Source of the DNA: Ophelia neglecta
Lineage: Eukaryota
NCBI GenBank assembly: GCA_965285935.1
Contig: OZ260663.1
Location: 82,646,001 to 82,710,000, forward strand
Reading direction: 5' to 3'
Length of the DNA: 64,000 nucleotides
The notes beneath the pieces were generated by a model that was given only the letters and a program-made list of their open reading frames with translations, was not told where the DNA came from and ran no database searches. The position numbers were made by a program, and so were the translations under genes. Of this stretch, positions 1 to 13,090 are shown piece by piece (position 1 is the stretch's first letter; every line of letters starts with the position of its first letter).

Positions 1-647
1 AACACTGCGGGTATGAAGATCATGTTAATACGGTGCCTTGGGGTTCCGCCATTTCATCACTTCGGTTATAATGACCTTGCTAAATAATATGGATTCATAG
101 ACGTTTTTATGATGGATCTTATAACTTTCAAAAGGGTAGTTGTCTAAATGATAAAACATTCCAGAGTATAATCATTCACAAGTTGAATTCTCATTAAATG
201 ATCATTATTGCCGCGTTTTACAATCTCTTGCTTTAAGAGCGTGTATTCGAAGATATCGTCCTCTCAGCATCAAACACAAGGGGGGTTCTGACAAATCATT
301 GACGGTTATAGGATTGTGTATTTCAAATTATCATAGTTTTTATACGCACATTAGCTAGCTGCAGTTAATTTCAAGTCAAGGCATGCATTGTCGAAAACGC
401 GATAGAGATTAAGGACACCAAAGAGGCTTGTGAAAGGCGAAGGAGCGCATTTCATAATCGTTTGAGATACCTCAAATAAGCATGTCATTTTAATATTTTA
501 CATAAGTTCCACGATGTTTCCCTTATCACATAGCAGTTTTATTATTTGTTTGGCTCTTATGACCACGTACGTACCACACGGCTGGCCAAATATATTGAAC
601 CCCTCTTTGCGAAAAGACAGAAGATTCTAGAAAATAATATATATATA

Positions 648-825
648 CAGTGAAACCTGGAAATAAGGGACAGGCAATGGACTGTCTTAAAGTGCCCTGT
701 TTTCTAAGGTGCCCCTAATTTCAAGGTTCTTTTACATACAAAACGAAATGTTGGGTCCTAATGTGGCTGTCCCTAATTATCAGGTGCCCTTAATTTCCAG
801 GTGCCCTTTAGACCAGGTTTCACTG
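648..825. mobile_element. Tc1/mariner-pogo-type MITE
   Basis: TIRs CAGTGAAACCTGG / CCAGGTTTCACTG, TA on both flanks, internal GTGCCCT repeats. Confidence 0.85.
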
Positions 826-3800
826 TAGTTCAAATTAACCTGGTTAAAATAGTGGGTTACAAACCTGGAGATGCTTCATCATATTTTTCTGGTTGTCCAA
901 CGACTGTGTGTGTAAACGCCCAAGGTTCTGTGTTTATGTAAATGTGAAAATTGCATTGCCTTGTTATTTTCTTCTAGTTGTCAAGCAATTGTGGGTGTAA
1001 TACCTTATGTTTGTATACATAATACTGAATGTTACACCATACATGTAGTTCCACTGAATGGAACTTGTGTTTTCACTTGCTTATATTTTTTTCTTTTTGT
1101 GTAACGTTACCTTTTAATATTGTCAGAAATGACTAGAACTAAATACACAGTAAGGCTGGCATTGTTTTATCCTCTCTGCGGGCTTAGTTTCTTGCCCACC
1201 CACCCACCCCCACCCCTACCCCGCCCCTCCTCTCTGGAAGCCCTAGGAGAAACCCATCCCTTAATTGAGATTCTCTCTGAAACCACTTACGGAGAGTAAA
1301 GGCCGGGCCATATCCTTCGTGACCCTCGTCTAAATATTATTCCTAGAGCTGCTGTATAAACTAATAGTTTCCCAACACATATCACATACCAGAGACTAAC
1401 ATCATCACATAGTTTAAGAAGTTAACCCGTGTTTCTTGTAATAGTATCAACAGTATTACTTGGCTGTTTAGATTTCAGAGAAACCAGAAACGGCAAAGGC
1501 AAACATACTTGCAGCAAGTAAACATATATTGCCGATATTACTGGCACTTACAGAGGAAGAAGCGACAGATCCATGTCGATTAAAGAGTAGCTAAGAGGTA
1601 TAATTAGTTAGATTCCATGTCCCTCTTCGCGCTTAATTAGTATAGTTTAGGTTAGATTACGACAAGAAAGCGGGCATGCATGTGCATGCTAACTCAAAGC
1701 TAACTTACATTCTTGCAGAATAGCTTATATATTACATAAATATGCTGTTTGATGTTGGCCGTAGGTGTGCTGGTTGGACTACCGTTTGCTCCAATAGAAC
1801 GTTTAATCCATGCACTATACTTTTAGAAGGGGTTTCCTTTTGAAATCAACATCGATATCAGGTTAAACAATAGAAAATTTGAATCAATTTGCTTCTGCTA
1901 ATATTAGCTGTACTTAGTAACCTAACTAATTTTTTTAAATAAATATATATGCATTCTGAAGTTTAAAAAGATATTAACCTGTGACAATTTTGTGTTTGTG
2001 CCATGTGATAACAACATGGAATGTTTGCGAAGGCACAATAGACTGGTTTGTCGGAATTAATGAGAAAAGACAAGTCAGAGAAAGATTTATTCCAGCCACC
2101 ATGGTTTCCCGACATATAATGAAAACTGCGACTATGTAAGCTACATTAAAACTATGTTAGATGTCGTCTGCTGCGGCTTAACAGTCTTTGTGATAAGTCC
2201 TCAGGCAAGTATTGGTGGCGCCTAGATATCGCTGTGACGATGTGCAACAATCTGGACAGTGTATATCCCAGTACCTCCCTGAAAGATTAAATAGTCATAG
2301 AAAGTAAGAGTTTGTGAACTTTCATATTCTAGCGTTTGCAATTTGCTGATTATAAGAGCATAATACCCTGCTGAAGGTTGAAAAACTCGTAAAATAAACT
2401 TTTTTTGTGAACAGCTAGAAGTTTTCCCAAGAAGATATACACTTTACTATTTATTTTCTGAAAACACAACTTTAATCCATTCTCATTTTTGCGAATTTGT
2501 AATAGTTGCAGTTGTGGAGCAGACGACTGATGTTTGTGACTCTTCGGTTACCAGTTCTTGATTATTTTGGAGCATTTAAATGAATTTATACTATTTCCAC
2601 ATTTTTTGGTTTCTCTGCACATACTTAAGTTTGGCCAGTGTATTTTGCGAACAACGTACTACACAACGTTAAGATCGTTTATGAGGCCACGTTACTCGTG
2701 AGCTGCCGTTTACTTCAAGCCTAAGACAGGCAAATAAATCCAGTTCAACCCCAAAAAGCTCACTGCGCTAAGATCTTTTGAATAGAATGACGGTTATTGG
2801 TGCAGTTGAGAATTCTCTGTCCAAATATGTATTATGACCTTTTCCCTCAAGGTGGCTTATATTTATTACAACGCGTCGAATTTGTCAACGATGGTGTCCC
2901 ATGACTAGTGCCCAACCTCCAAACGACATAAAAAAACCGGTTGTGAACAGTTTTTACATCTTAATTCTTGTACACCGGAACTGCTAATCCAGCTCTTGTC
3001 ATTTTGTAATTCTGGCAATGATTTAATGTTTAGCAGCCCTATTATCAATTTTGACTGGAACACTGTCTTTGGCTTTGTGTACCGGAACCCTTTCCCAGAA
3101 TTGATGAACTATGAAACTCGTGTATCACAATGGATTAACAATTGAAGTGGAGAGTATACCTGAATAGGCGCATACTGAAGCAGAAAAATTAAATACAAAA
3201 TGAAGCGGATGTACGCAGACAAACATTATTATGTGTCAATCACAAAATTGTCCCATGGACAAAAAAACAGAAGGGCGGGGGGTATTCTGAGCGTGGCAAC
3301 CTGTCTTTTAGTCCGGTGTCGTTGTCCATGGAAAGAGTCACAAATATTAGTGGCGCCTGTTTTTTCAATTTGTAAATCACTGTAGCGAAATATCAGATGA
3401 AAATCTCACCCGCGGCTGTTTCATTTCATTTGTACTGATCTTCCCAAACTTATTTTCCCGCTGACAGACTCCCCTTGAATGGAGTGTTCTATAAACCACC
3501 AATTAAAAGAATCCAAGAAATCTCCGGTAAAGCTTAAGCAACATTTAGATCCTTTATCTACCCGAGGACGGGCGGTTGTTGTCGTTTTTTTCCTCTGAGT
3601 AAGATATCATCGGATGTGGTCCAAAAGGTACAGGTTTTATTTAACTTTTGGACCACTGCCGAACGACCACTGATTTCCCACATCAACTCTCCTATAATCA
3701 TACGAGTTGTATATGCTTATCGATTGCATTTAAGTGGGGTAAGAAACATTTAGGATGAAATCAAAATCTACGTGATTGGGTGTCTTGAGTTGGATTGCGT

Positions 3801-4479
3801 TCTGCTGAACAGAATGTAGTCCCATTCCAAGAAAGGAGGATATCGTGACTAGTTAGTTAGTGTGGCGGTCACGGACGTATACCTACTGGATGGCTTTGTT
3901 AGCAATACATGTAGTTGGTTATAGAATCGGTATATATCACAGTAAACGCTTCAAAGAAGAACCCAGACGAAGCCATCATAGCAACGTACTTCTTAGGTGG
4001 GGGTTATGCCGAGAGTCACCTCCTTATTGTATGCTAAAAGTGCTTTAGCTTACCGATTGTGTTGTTACTTAGGTTTTCATTTCCCACAGTTTTTATAGAA
4101 ATACCTAGCACTTTCACCATAACAAATTGACATTTAAAGAAATTCGGGCTTAAAACTTTCATATAGAAGATAAACATCAATTTAAATCTATACATTTAGA
4201 TCTGAAACCAAACAAAACTTGATGGGTATGCTAAATGTTAAAAATATAGAGATATGGGGGAGAGTGTACCGGCATGGATATATATAAAAATGAGTGTAAA
4301 TTTGTATATTGCTTAACCAATGCAGAAAGTGGAGTTTTCGCAGTATAAAGGCTTCAAACGTTGTAAATAGTTTTGAGTACAATTCAATGCTTTGGAAATA
4401 TTGCTTCTCGAAATGAAAATATTTGGTAATTTGTACATATGACCAAGTTGAGGCAGTGCCTGATGTAGTTTATATGCTC

Positions 4480-4900
4480 CTTGTCACATTATATTTGAGT
4501 TTGATGTAAAGAGCGACACCTTCTCATCGATATCTTTCAGCACATGCCAACATAAATGGTTCTGAAATGGTGCATAGTTGCGCAAAGAATGTCAACATTT
4601 GTATAGAGCGTGGTTGGCTGTCAGCAGTCTCTACCTCCGGGGTGGTGGTGTGTGAAGCGAGTTAGTAATATGGCTATTTTGTTGTGTCGCCCTAGGCCGA
4701 TTTGTGACAAACAGGGAATGCCTGGTGTAACCGATACCAGAGAATATAAAAGCTCCCCTAATTGATGACTTGGGAGAAGGTTTCTGACTTTCATATCTAA
4801 TGTTATGCACGTGTTCGTGGCCACACCGAAACTACTGTGTTATAATTGAACCCTGAGGGATCATGTGAGGGTGCGAGCTAGAGGGTAACTGATACACTAA
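4480..4900. promoter_or_regulatory. Paralogous conserved non-coding element I, left inverted copy
   Basis: 4480-4556 is 76/77 identical to the reverse complement of 52814-52890; similarity continues to about 4900. Confidence 0.7.
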
Positions 4901-5363
4901 CGGCGTTCATTTTGCAAAAATATCATAATACGTAAAAGGTGTGAGGTATTTAGAGATGAACTCCCGTAAGAACTTTGCTGGAAACATATTTAACCAATTT
5001 ATTTGATAAAAGCAATGATATACTCAGATGAAGATGCATGGTTATTTTTTGTTTACTTCAATAGTATAAGTACTAGTCATCACAATCACATATACAGGTA
5101 TATATGTAAGGATGAGATTACCTCATGAAATACAGTCAGTATGATTTGAGGGACATATAATAACTCTGTGGTGTTGATGCACTCTGATATGTTTAACATA
5201 TGTGACGATTATGTATAATACAATACGTCATAGTCATTTCACTACATTATGAACTATACAAAGTTCTTGAATGTGTACATTGATTGTGTGAATCATATTT
5301 GTTCAATGAGACCTTCAGTAGAGGTTTCTCATGTAAAGATAACAAGATTATGAGTTAAAAATA

Positions 5364-5576
5364 ACACGATTTGAATATCTAATAATCCTTTGTATGAATC
5401 TGTATTTCCGATACTGTTTTGTGACCAAGTTATAACGGCCTTGTCATGGTATCCCTTTTACGACAAATAACACCACGATTTGAATATTTAACAGTCCTTT
5501 GTATGAAATCTGACTTTACGATACTGTTCCTGTGACTCTGATTAACGGCATTGTCGTGTCACTGTCTTTACGACAT
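5364..5576. repeat. About 110-bp diverged tandem duplication
   Basis: CACGATTTGAATAT..TCCTTTGTATGAA..CGATACTGTT..TAACGGC.TTGTC..TTTACGACA twice. Confidence 0.8.
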
Positions 5577-6532
5577 TGTCATTGACACTGGGCATTAGCA
5601 ACCTTTGTCCTACAATGTTGGCGGTCTCTTTTGTGAATAGAACATGATACATATTTCATCCGTTACGATCCTGTCTGCATATTTAAAGGCAAATACTTCA
5701 ATAACAGTAATTATATATGGTCTATATGTGTGCTTTCATTGAATTTTTTGCTTAACTGCGAATAATATAGATACGAATTGGAAAGAGGAGTAATCATCAT
5801 CTTCTCAGTAATTTATTGTTGTCTTCAGAAGTCGTCACTGCTCGTCTTGTAGATACCTTGTCATTGTGAGAAATTGATACTCTGCAGGTGTGAAATAGTG
5901 TGTGTTTCAATATAATCAATCTTATGTCTTCTGTGTAATTTTCTTTGGCTGTTTGACTCGCAATCATCCATTGATAGACGGGCCAGGCCTCAGGACAGAG
6001 ACGCTTTGAACGATCCTCATTCCAGTACCTCTACGGTAAACTGTCCCGGTGATATAGGCGTTATTTCTTTCATCATCGGAAGTGTCCATGTTTCTATAAC
6101 ATAAAATTTAACAAATCGCTTTAAATAAACAGGTAATTGCAACCTTTGACTTTACGACCGATGTCGGAATGAATCGGATCCTCAAAGTTATATGTTGAAT
6201 CTGTACCTCGACCGTATTATATTGGTCTTAAAAAAAGGCAAAATGATTATGTACGTTTTGCAGCATCGTGTGATAATAGACTGGTATTGCTTGTTAACGC
6301 CTGTTACGGCCAATAAAAAAATTGAACGCTTCTGTTTATCTTGCGGGTCCCCCATATGATAACATAACATATTATGAATATCAGCAATGAAAAATTGCCT
6401 CTTTTTATCAATTCCGGATAAACATTTCCTAGACAGAGTGCAACACTTCTTAGAAGGTACTTAATTTTTATTAGCAACTTCTTACAACAATACTGATTAA
6501 AAAGCTATAGGGTTTTGACAAGCAAATGTTCG

Positions 6533-6536
<4 letters not shown>

Positions 6537-6608
<72 letters not shown>
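6537..6608. repeat. (TC)36 microsatellite
   Basis: Perfect dinucleotide run. Confidence 0.98.
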
Positions 6609-6611
<3 letters not shown>

Positions 6612-7880
6612 GAAGCGCGAGCAGTGCCATTTTTAGACTTCGGGCAAGTATTTATCACATTTCTCTGTGGAATCCAACATATCATGGTTAGAAGAGGTAT
6701 CACCAGTGTCAGTAATTTCCGCTATCTGTCAATGACAAACTGCCACCTCTCGACCGGTCATTAAACCACTTAGATAGTAGTTGTCAAACAGTGAACACAC
6801 GCCCAGGTGATCGCAGTACTTGAGACTGCATTAGTAAGTCAACAGATAGCTTCCTACGCCATTCCGGTGTATGATAGACCAGGAGATGGACACCAGATCC
6901 AAACATCTGTCCAATCCGTATCCATAACTCCATCTTGCACTTGAGTACTCTTGAGACTTAAGGACACTCAGGAGGTATAGTCTTCGGTTCCCTATTTTAA
7001 TATCCTATTGTTTTATCAAGACCATCTTGCTCTCATTCAGTGGTGACTTCTTCCAGTGACCGGAACCTATGCAGGATTATGGGTTAACTGACTTTTTCCC
7101 ACATGCGCTATTCGATGGGATAAAGTGTTATAGGGTATTAATCTCTTTGTCGTCTGCTTCAGCCGATCGTCCACCCAGGATTCATGCAGTAACTTTTCAT
7201 CTGTGGGCACCAAACAGTATTGCGAGTCGTTTTCTTTTCATGTAATCGCTTTATTGAGCATTTGCCAAAATCAAAGGCTTTAAAATCGCATGTGATGCTC
7301 TACTCCGGAACCTTTATTCAAACCGCCACCGATTAACTTTTTGACATAATGTTAAAGAAGAACAAACCTCAGGCAGCAAAGCTAGCACATACATTCTATG
7401 ATATTTCCCTTTTTAATTCCCCGTTTTATTTACTCAGATTGGCGTTAGGTCATAAACGCATTTAAGAGTAAAAGTCCTTCGAAAAAATGAAGTGTCAGAC
7501 ACGAGAACGAGAGTTTATGAACATCATATGTTAATCACGTCGAATTAAGGGTGATAGGTAATGTTGTTTATGTCGGAAATTATTTGCGACGGTTTTTGTG
7601 AACTGGGTGGCTCTAATAAATACAGAACATTGGGTTTTGCTGTTTGTCGACTCTTTACATTAATTGCTTTTTAGTGGCTTCCATAAATCCTCTATTATCG
7701 ACGATTTATTAGCGCCTCTTTTTCAGCCAGAACTGTTTATCGCGGGTTAAACAGCTTTTGCGGCGAGACGTTCTCAACAGCGCGTTCCATTCCCCTCACT
7801 GCGCATAAACTACCGGAGTGATATGCTGGCTTCTGATAACTGATAATCACAGGGCCATTGGCTTCCCTACTATACAACCT

Positions 7881-8092
7881 CAGTGGCGGATTTAGGGGTG
7901 GCCAGGGGGCCCGCCCCACCCCCCCCCCCTTGCCAAAAAGTGGGCCCAGACCAGGGCCTATTTCCGGACCTAAGCAAGATGGTTTCAGAGGGTAGGTACC
8001 CGGGACAATCCAGACATTGGCCTTGTCAACTTTGGAAAATTTGCCCCCCCCCCCCCCCCCCCTCCCTTCCTGAAATTCTGGATCCGCCACTG
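7881..8092. mobile_element. Non-autonomous DNA transposon (MITE)
   Basis: TIRs CAGTGGCGGAT / ATCCGCCACTG, flanking 5-bp direct repeat AACCT, internal poly-C tracts. Confidence 0.85.
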
Positions 8093-11000
8093 AACCTCCA
8101 GTTATTCCAAGGCAATAACCTAGAAGATGATTAAATCACATATGTATGTAATGTACCTTCTTGTATGGCGCGCACTTGTAATATCGATACGGAATTATCA
8201 TAAACAGGACTTACCTGACAAGCTATATAAAACAATAACGTAGCTTATTTTATTCCTGAAAACTAGTTTAATTGTAATTCCGAGTGTTAAGAAAATAAAG
8301 TACATTTCATTGATACATAGCAACATGGATGGAGTTGTAATTTCTGGTGTTTTCAGTTTTCATACTCTCTCTAAATCCTGGAACATCCCCTTTATTACTA
8401 GAAGGTATTGCACACATAATTGAATACTGACGAATATTTTCAACTGAGTATAGACACATATTGGTGTACTAATTTGGGGCCTATCTTCGTAAAAGCCAAC
8501 TGTTAAACCCTACAAGTTCCGAGAAGTTTTTCATTTGAGCATATCTTGGGCTAGAAATACAATTGTTTAGACAGGTACACAATGACTTATAAAGTCATTA
8601 TCATGTGTAAATTGTCATGCGAGATTTCCCTTCACGGACAAAACTGTCAGACTATCACGTATAAATTACAACACAGTTCCCTGAATTACCACAATTTCAG
8701 CTTGGAGAAAAGCCGTCAGACAGTCTTTGTTGACATGAGACTTACTCTGTCTGAATATTTCTAGATTTATGTTTCCTTACGAATTAATAGCAGGCAACAA
8801 TTAGACAAAAAACCAGGAGAAATGAATCTCTTTGCATAATCGTCTTGACAAATTCGTAAATCACGTGGTTTTATGGCACCGTCCCAGGTGTGGATGGGCC
8901 GCATTGTCGTCTGCAGGCGAAAAACGAGTATTAATACGCCGAGACCTAACATCTATCATCACTGACGAGCCGAGGGAAAAAAGAGTCGCGCCGACTGGAG
9001 ATCAGGATAATAAAAAAATCAATATGTGGATTGAGACATTAGCCCGCCTTTATTCACTGATGCAATGCCCTGTTTATCTAATTAATGACAAAATAAATAA
9101 TGATACAAACATCTGTGGAACATTCAAGATTAACTTTGTCTGGGTCTGTTATTAATAACAGAAATGATACAAATCCTAGTATGAAAGAAGCATCTAAAAA
9201 TGAATATTCATATATTCAACATTCGATGCACAATAATCCTGTTTGTCATGAGCACGGCAGAAGTAGGAGGGCATGTACGCTAAAAATGCGACTAGGGCAA
9301 AACTATGTAGGAGAGCATACGGTTGTTTCAAGTGCCCGAATATAATAGTCAGCTTGCTTGATGTACAGTCTTAGACACGAGAAACATTCCGCTAAGCCGC
9401 GAAGTAAGCCGCATGGTAACCGCGGCAGTATAGGCAGACGATTTGTGTGAGCTTAGGGGTGCGTTTATTTGGGGTGTGTTTCTTAGGCGTGCCTTTCTAA
9501 TGGTTTCTCGTGAGCGTTGATGAGACACTGAGAGTTGCAGAAGATTACTCATCATACAGCTTCCCTCCTAAAAGAATCTGATAGTTGATACCTAGTGTAC
9601 AATTCAGGGAACGTTCATTACCTCGCTCCAATAAACCAGACAGGACCCGTCAGCTGCAGGCCCCCAAATAACAAACTAGAAGATACAGTGGACATTGAGG
9701 CACATCAGTCTTGGGTCTTGTTTTTTCAGGTTATCAATAATGGTTTAATGAGCTCATTGCCGTTATGGAACAACAGTCCATCACACATAGGGAAAAGATA
9801 AATTTCACAGAAAGTCTTTACAATCGAGATTAAACCACTATCTTTTGGAATAAATAAGGATTTTATATATCCTTTCAAAACAATTTGGTTTGTCAGCCAA
9901 CCATGAGTGCTTTGAGTGAAATTATATGCTGTATTTGTTACAGTGGGACCGAAGTTCCCACCCGAGGGAGGAATCGCTTACTCACATAAATTAACTTCTA
10001 ATGTCTGACACATGTTTCGACAAATTCGAGATAAAAATAGAGGGTTTGTAAAACGATATCGCCTAAAACAAAACGTGTCCTCTTAAGTTTGTACCATAAT
10101 AGCTCCCGATAGACTGATCCTTTAAATGAACTATAAGCACACTGAGTGCAATTTATACTACCTATAGTGCACCCAATGGTTACACAGTTTCGTTGATTAT
10201 AGAACATTTCAGTGTATATGATGTTACTCTAACAATTTGTGGTGGGCTGCTAGTCAGATTAGTTAAAACAACACACTAAAAAATGACAGCTACAACCTAA
10301 GGATTGGCCATAAACTACCACGGTTTGAAGCCTAGATGTTTGTAGACAATATAATAATTACTCCTTTATCACGATTTATGACGTGGTGTTGTTTTCCAGC
10401 CCATGGCGGATCAACACAAATTTTCGTTTCTAGGTTAAATTGAAGTAATTGACTGGCTGGAGCCCTGGAGTTTCGTTTCGTTCTGCAAGTTGATATCTTT
10501 TCTAATATTGTAGGTTACAGCCGGGTCAAGGACCACCCTATGATGACAACAATAGTGGATTTGCTTAGCTATAACGAGGACCAAAACAATTTAACGTTGT
10601 TTCTTTCAATGTGGGCGTGAGTATTATACAGCTCGAGAAGATCAGTTGGGTTGATACACAAACAAGATTGGCCATAATAATATGTATGTTTTGTCTGGGC
10701 AGACAGATAAAACAAAAGGCTACGTCACTAATGGACTGTACTCTCAGGTAAGCTATATATGTATTAGAGATCACACACGGTTGAAAGAGTGGAAATGAAG
10801 ATGTCATTGTTAACAAAATATATAAGTCAGAAATACATTCAACTTAGAAACACTCCCCAGAAATATTTGGATACTTCTGCAATCAGTAAGAACTGATCGC
10901 AGTTATGTTAGACTCCAAGTTGCGCTGTGTCGCTTCCACTCAGCATCCAATCCGTCAAAGATTGTAATAATGTCGAGGCTTCTCTGTCTAACATTCAGAA

Positions 11001-11494
11001 TGGTCTCTAAAAGGGTGGCAATCTGATAATTGAAGATCGACAGACGACCTTTGGGTGGTCTCTGGCGGGATATACCAAGTTAAACCCGACTATAAACGGC
11101 TTACAGACGACTTAAGGTCAAAGGTTGACAGTTATAATACAACAATCTCTGGCGGAAAATCCCAAATTCGTATCCGAAAACCCGGCTAATGCTTATTATC
11201 CGACAATAAATACCAACTTAAGTAAATAGTTTGTTTGGTGCGCCTTGGGTTAGGTATTAGGTTTTATTCAACCTATCTGTAAGCCATTTGTGGGAATCTA
11301 CTTTTTTACCCAATGGTAAAAATATTTGCCTAATTCGTCACACAAAAAATTCAGAGGAATACAAAATCTATATATATATATATATAAAGCTTCAATTGCC
11401 TTTTCTGTGGAAATCTGATCAAAGGCGAGATCATTAAGTGTAGCCATTATATATTTCTTCTATAACTGGAATTTCGTACATATATGTATATATA

Positions 11495-11597
11495 GGCGCT
11501 TTTACTTTCTTCTAGACACCGGGGCAAACGATTCATCTGTTTCGTGCAGACGGATGAATCGTCTGCCCGAGTCCAGAAGAAAGTCAATTGCACCTGT
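11495..11597. repeat. About 100-bp imperfect palindrome (hairpin; MITE-like)
   Basis: ACTTTCTTCTAGAC..GGGCAAACGATTCATCTGT pairs with ACGGATGAATCGTCTGCCC..GTCCAGAAGAAAGT. Confidence 0.75.
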
Positions 11598-12509
11598 ATC
11601 TAAAAGGGTGGCAATCTGCTGATTGAAGATCGACGGTTGTACTGGTTCACTAAGCATTTAAAGCCTTTTTTGCACTATTCACACTGTGCAATAACAAATG
11701 ATCCTCTTTTTTAATAGCAATGGTTGAAAGAAATCGGTTAGTAGTTCAATTTATAAGACCACGAGGTAACGATTCGAAGCCTAATTTGATTTGCAGATGG
11801 TAATCTGATGAAGGACGTTCAGACGGTTGGGTGTAGTATTTATGGCTCTGGCCTCAAATGGCGCTCTGGCGGGTAATTTCATTAAGACCGGTAAATAGTT
11901 ATAATCAGGTTAGCTTACAGTCTCGAGAGGCAAAAAAATTACACGTCACAAATAATAAGGTTTAAATCAGCAAACAGCAGGCGTATTGTTGTATGTTGAT
12001 TAGTCTTATTGCACATTGCTGACTAAACACCGTTAGACATTGAAACAAAAAATTAAAATTCATTTATAACAAGAATTGTCCTATACTCTTTCATTCAAAC
12101 TGTACTTTTCATTTAGCATTGGAAACGTTCTAGTTTTGTCATGCCAACTTCTCTTTAGAAACAATATCCATCTGTAATGTAAAATGACCACCACATTCCT
12201 TGATTTCTATTTGTATCAGAGCCGAGAATAGCAAGAGCAGTATATGCCTTATAGCATCCGCTTCGAAATGATAACCTTTATGTTTATAAAGTTTCATATT
12301 GGTTGGTGAATTGCTAAAGACTAGCTAGTAAAAATGATAATGTGCATATTACTTAACTGTGAACTAAGCAATTCGCTGTTTAACCGCGGGTGTCAACTTG
12401 AAATATCTAAGAACCTGACCAAGTGGTCCTTTAGAATCATGCATGGGCTATCGTGATTCAAATTTATCAACTGACCCCCAGCTTAATGAACTTTGAATAT
12501 GCCCTTCAT

Positions 12510-12930
12510 ATTGATTGAGTCATAACTACGATTGTCTGAAGCCAATCTTAATTTGCTGTCCGTCGGGGTTGAGCAATATATGACCCGCTCACCCCCGCTG
12601 TCCTCATATCTCTGGATCCTAACTCAGATACCTCCCCGGGCAACCAATCACCCAGTCCCTGCTAACAATCTCCTGATACAGTCTGCCAACATTATGACCG
12701 CTCTTCGGGATTTTATCGGTACTTGGCCTGATGAAGCAGACGTGATGGTGGCATGTCTTGCTAGACGATGGGTGAAATTTGTCACTCCTGTTTTATTAGT
12801 CTGTTTATTTCAGAGTTCAGAGTGGTAGGTCTCGGGAACAAGGTTAAGATTACTAACAAGGACCTCATAATTCACATTCTGTCACAGACAGATAAGACCC
12901 ATAGGCAGTGAAAAATTAACCGTTAATATT
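12510..12930. promoter_or_regulatory. Element B, inverted copy
   Basis: CCGCTCTTCGG..ACTTGGCCTGAT.AAGC..TGAAATTTGTCACTC..GGTTAAGAT..TAACAAGG.CCTC.TAATTCACATT.TGTCAC matches the reverse complement of 63.4-63.6k. Confidence 0.65.
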
Positions 12931-12964
12931 CTTTACAAGTTACAATCATCGAAATATTACACAA

Positions 12965-13090
12965 ATATTGAAGAGGAAGCAATATGAAGGTATATTGGCC
13001 TAAAGCGAGTAATATTTTTTGCGGCTATAAGCCAGAGGAAAATATCATTTGCTGCAGGCCAATATACATATTGACTCCTCAGAATACTAA
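12965..13090. repeat. About 125-bp imperfect palindrome (MITE-like)
   Basis: GAGGAAGCAATATG..GTATATTGGCCT..AATATTTT pairs with AAAATATC..AGGCCAATATAC.ATATTGACTCCTC. Confidence 0.65.

Larger units (their letters stand above)
88..12930 (+). pseudogene. Exon-less inverted duplicate of the ghost locus
   Basis: Reverse-complement collinear matches: 88-212/56.1k, 2.03-2.3k/55.1-55.4k, 3.4-3.6k/53.6-53.8k, 4.5-4.9k/52.5-52.9k, 6.7-6.9k/48.4-48.7k, 12.5-12.9k/47.9k and 63.4k. Confidence 0.75.

Noticed and set aside
6497-6703. ORF with an RE repeat
   Set aside because: Translation of the TC microsatellite
7737-8134. Gly/Pro-rich ORFs
   Set aside because: They are translations of the MITE poly-C tracts
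12532-12828. ORFs over element B (also 63462..63803) as a duplicated small protein
   Set aside because: The homologous DNA translates in different frames with frame-breaking indels, so conservation is at nucleotide level
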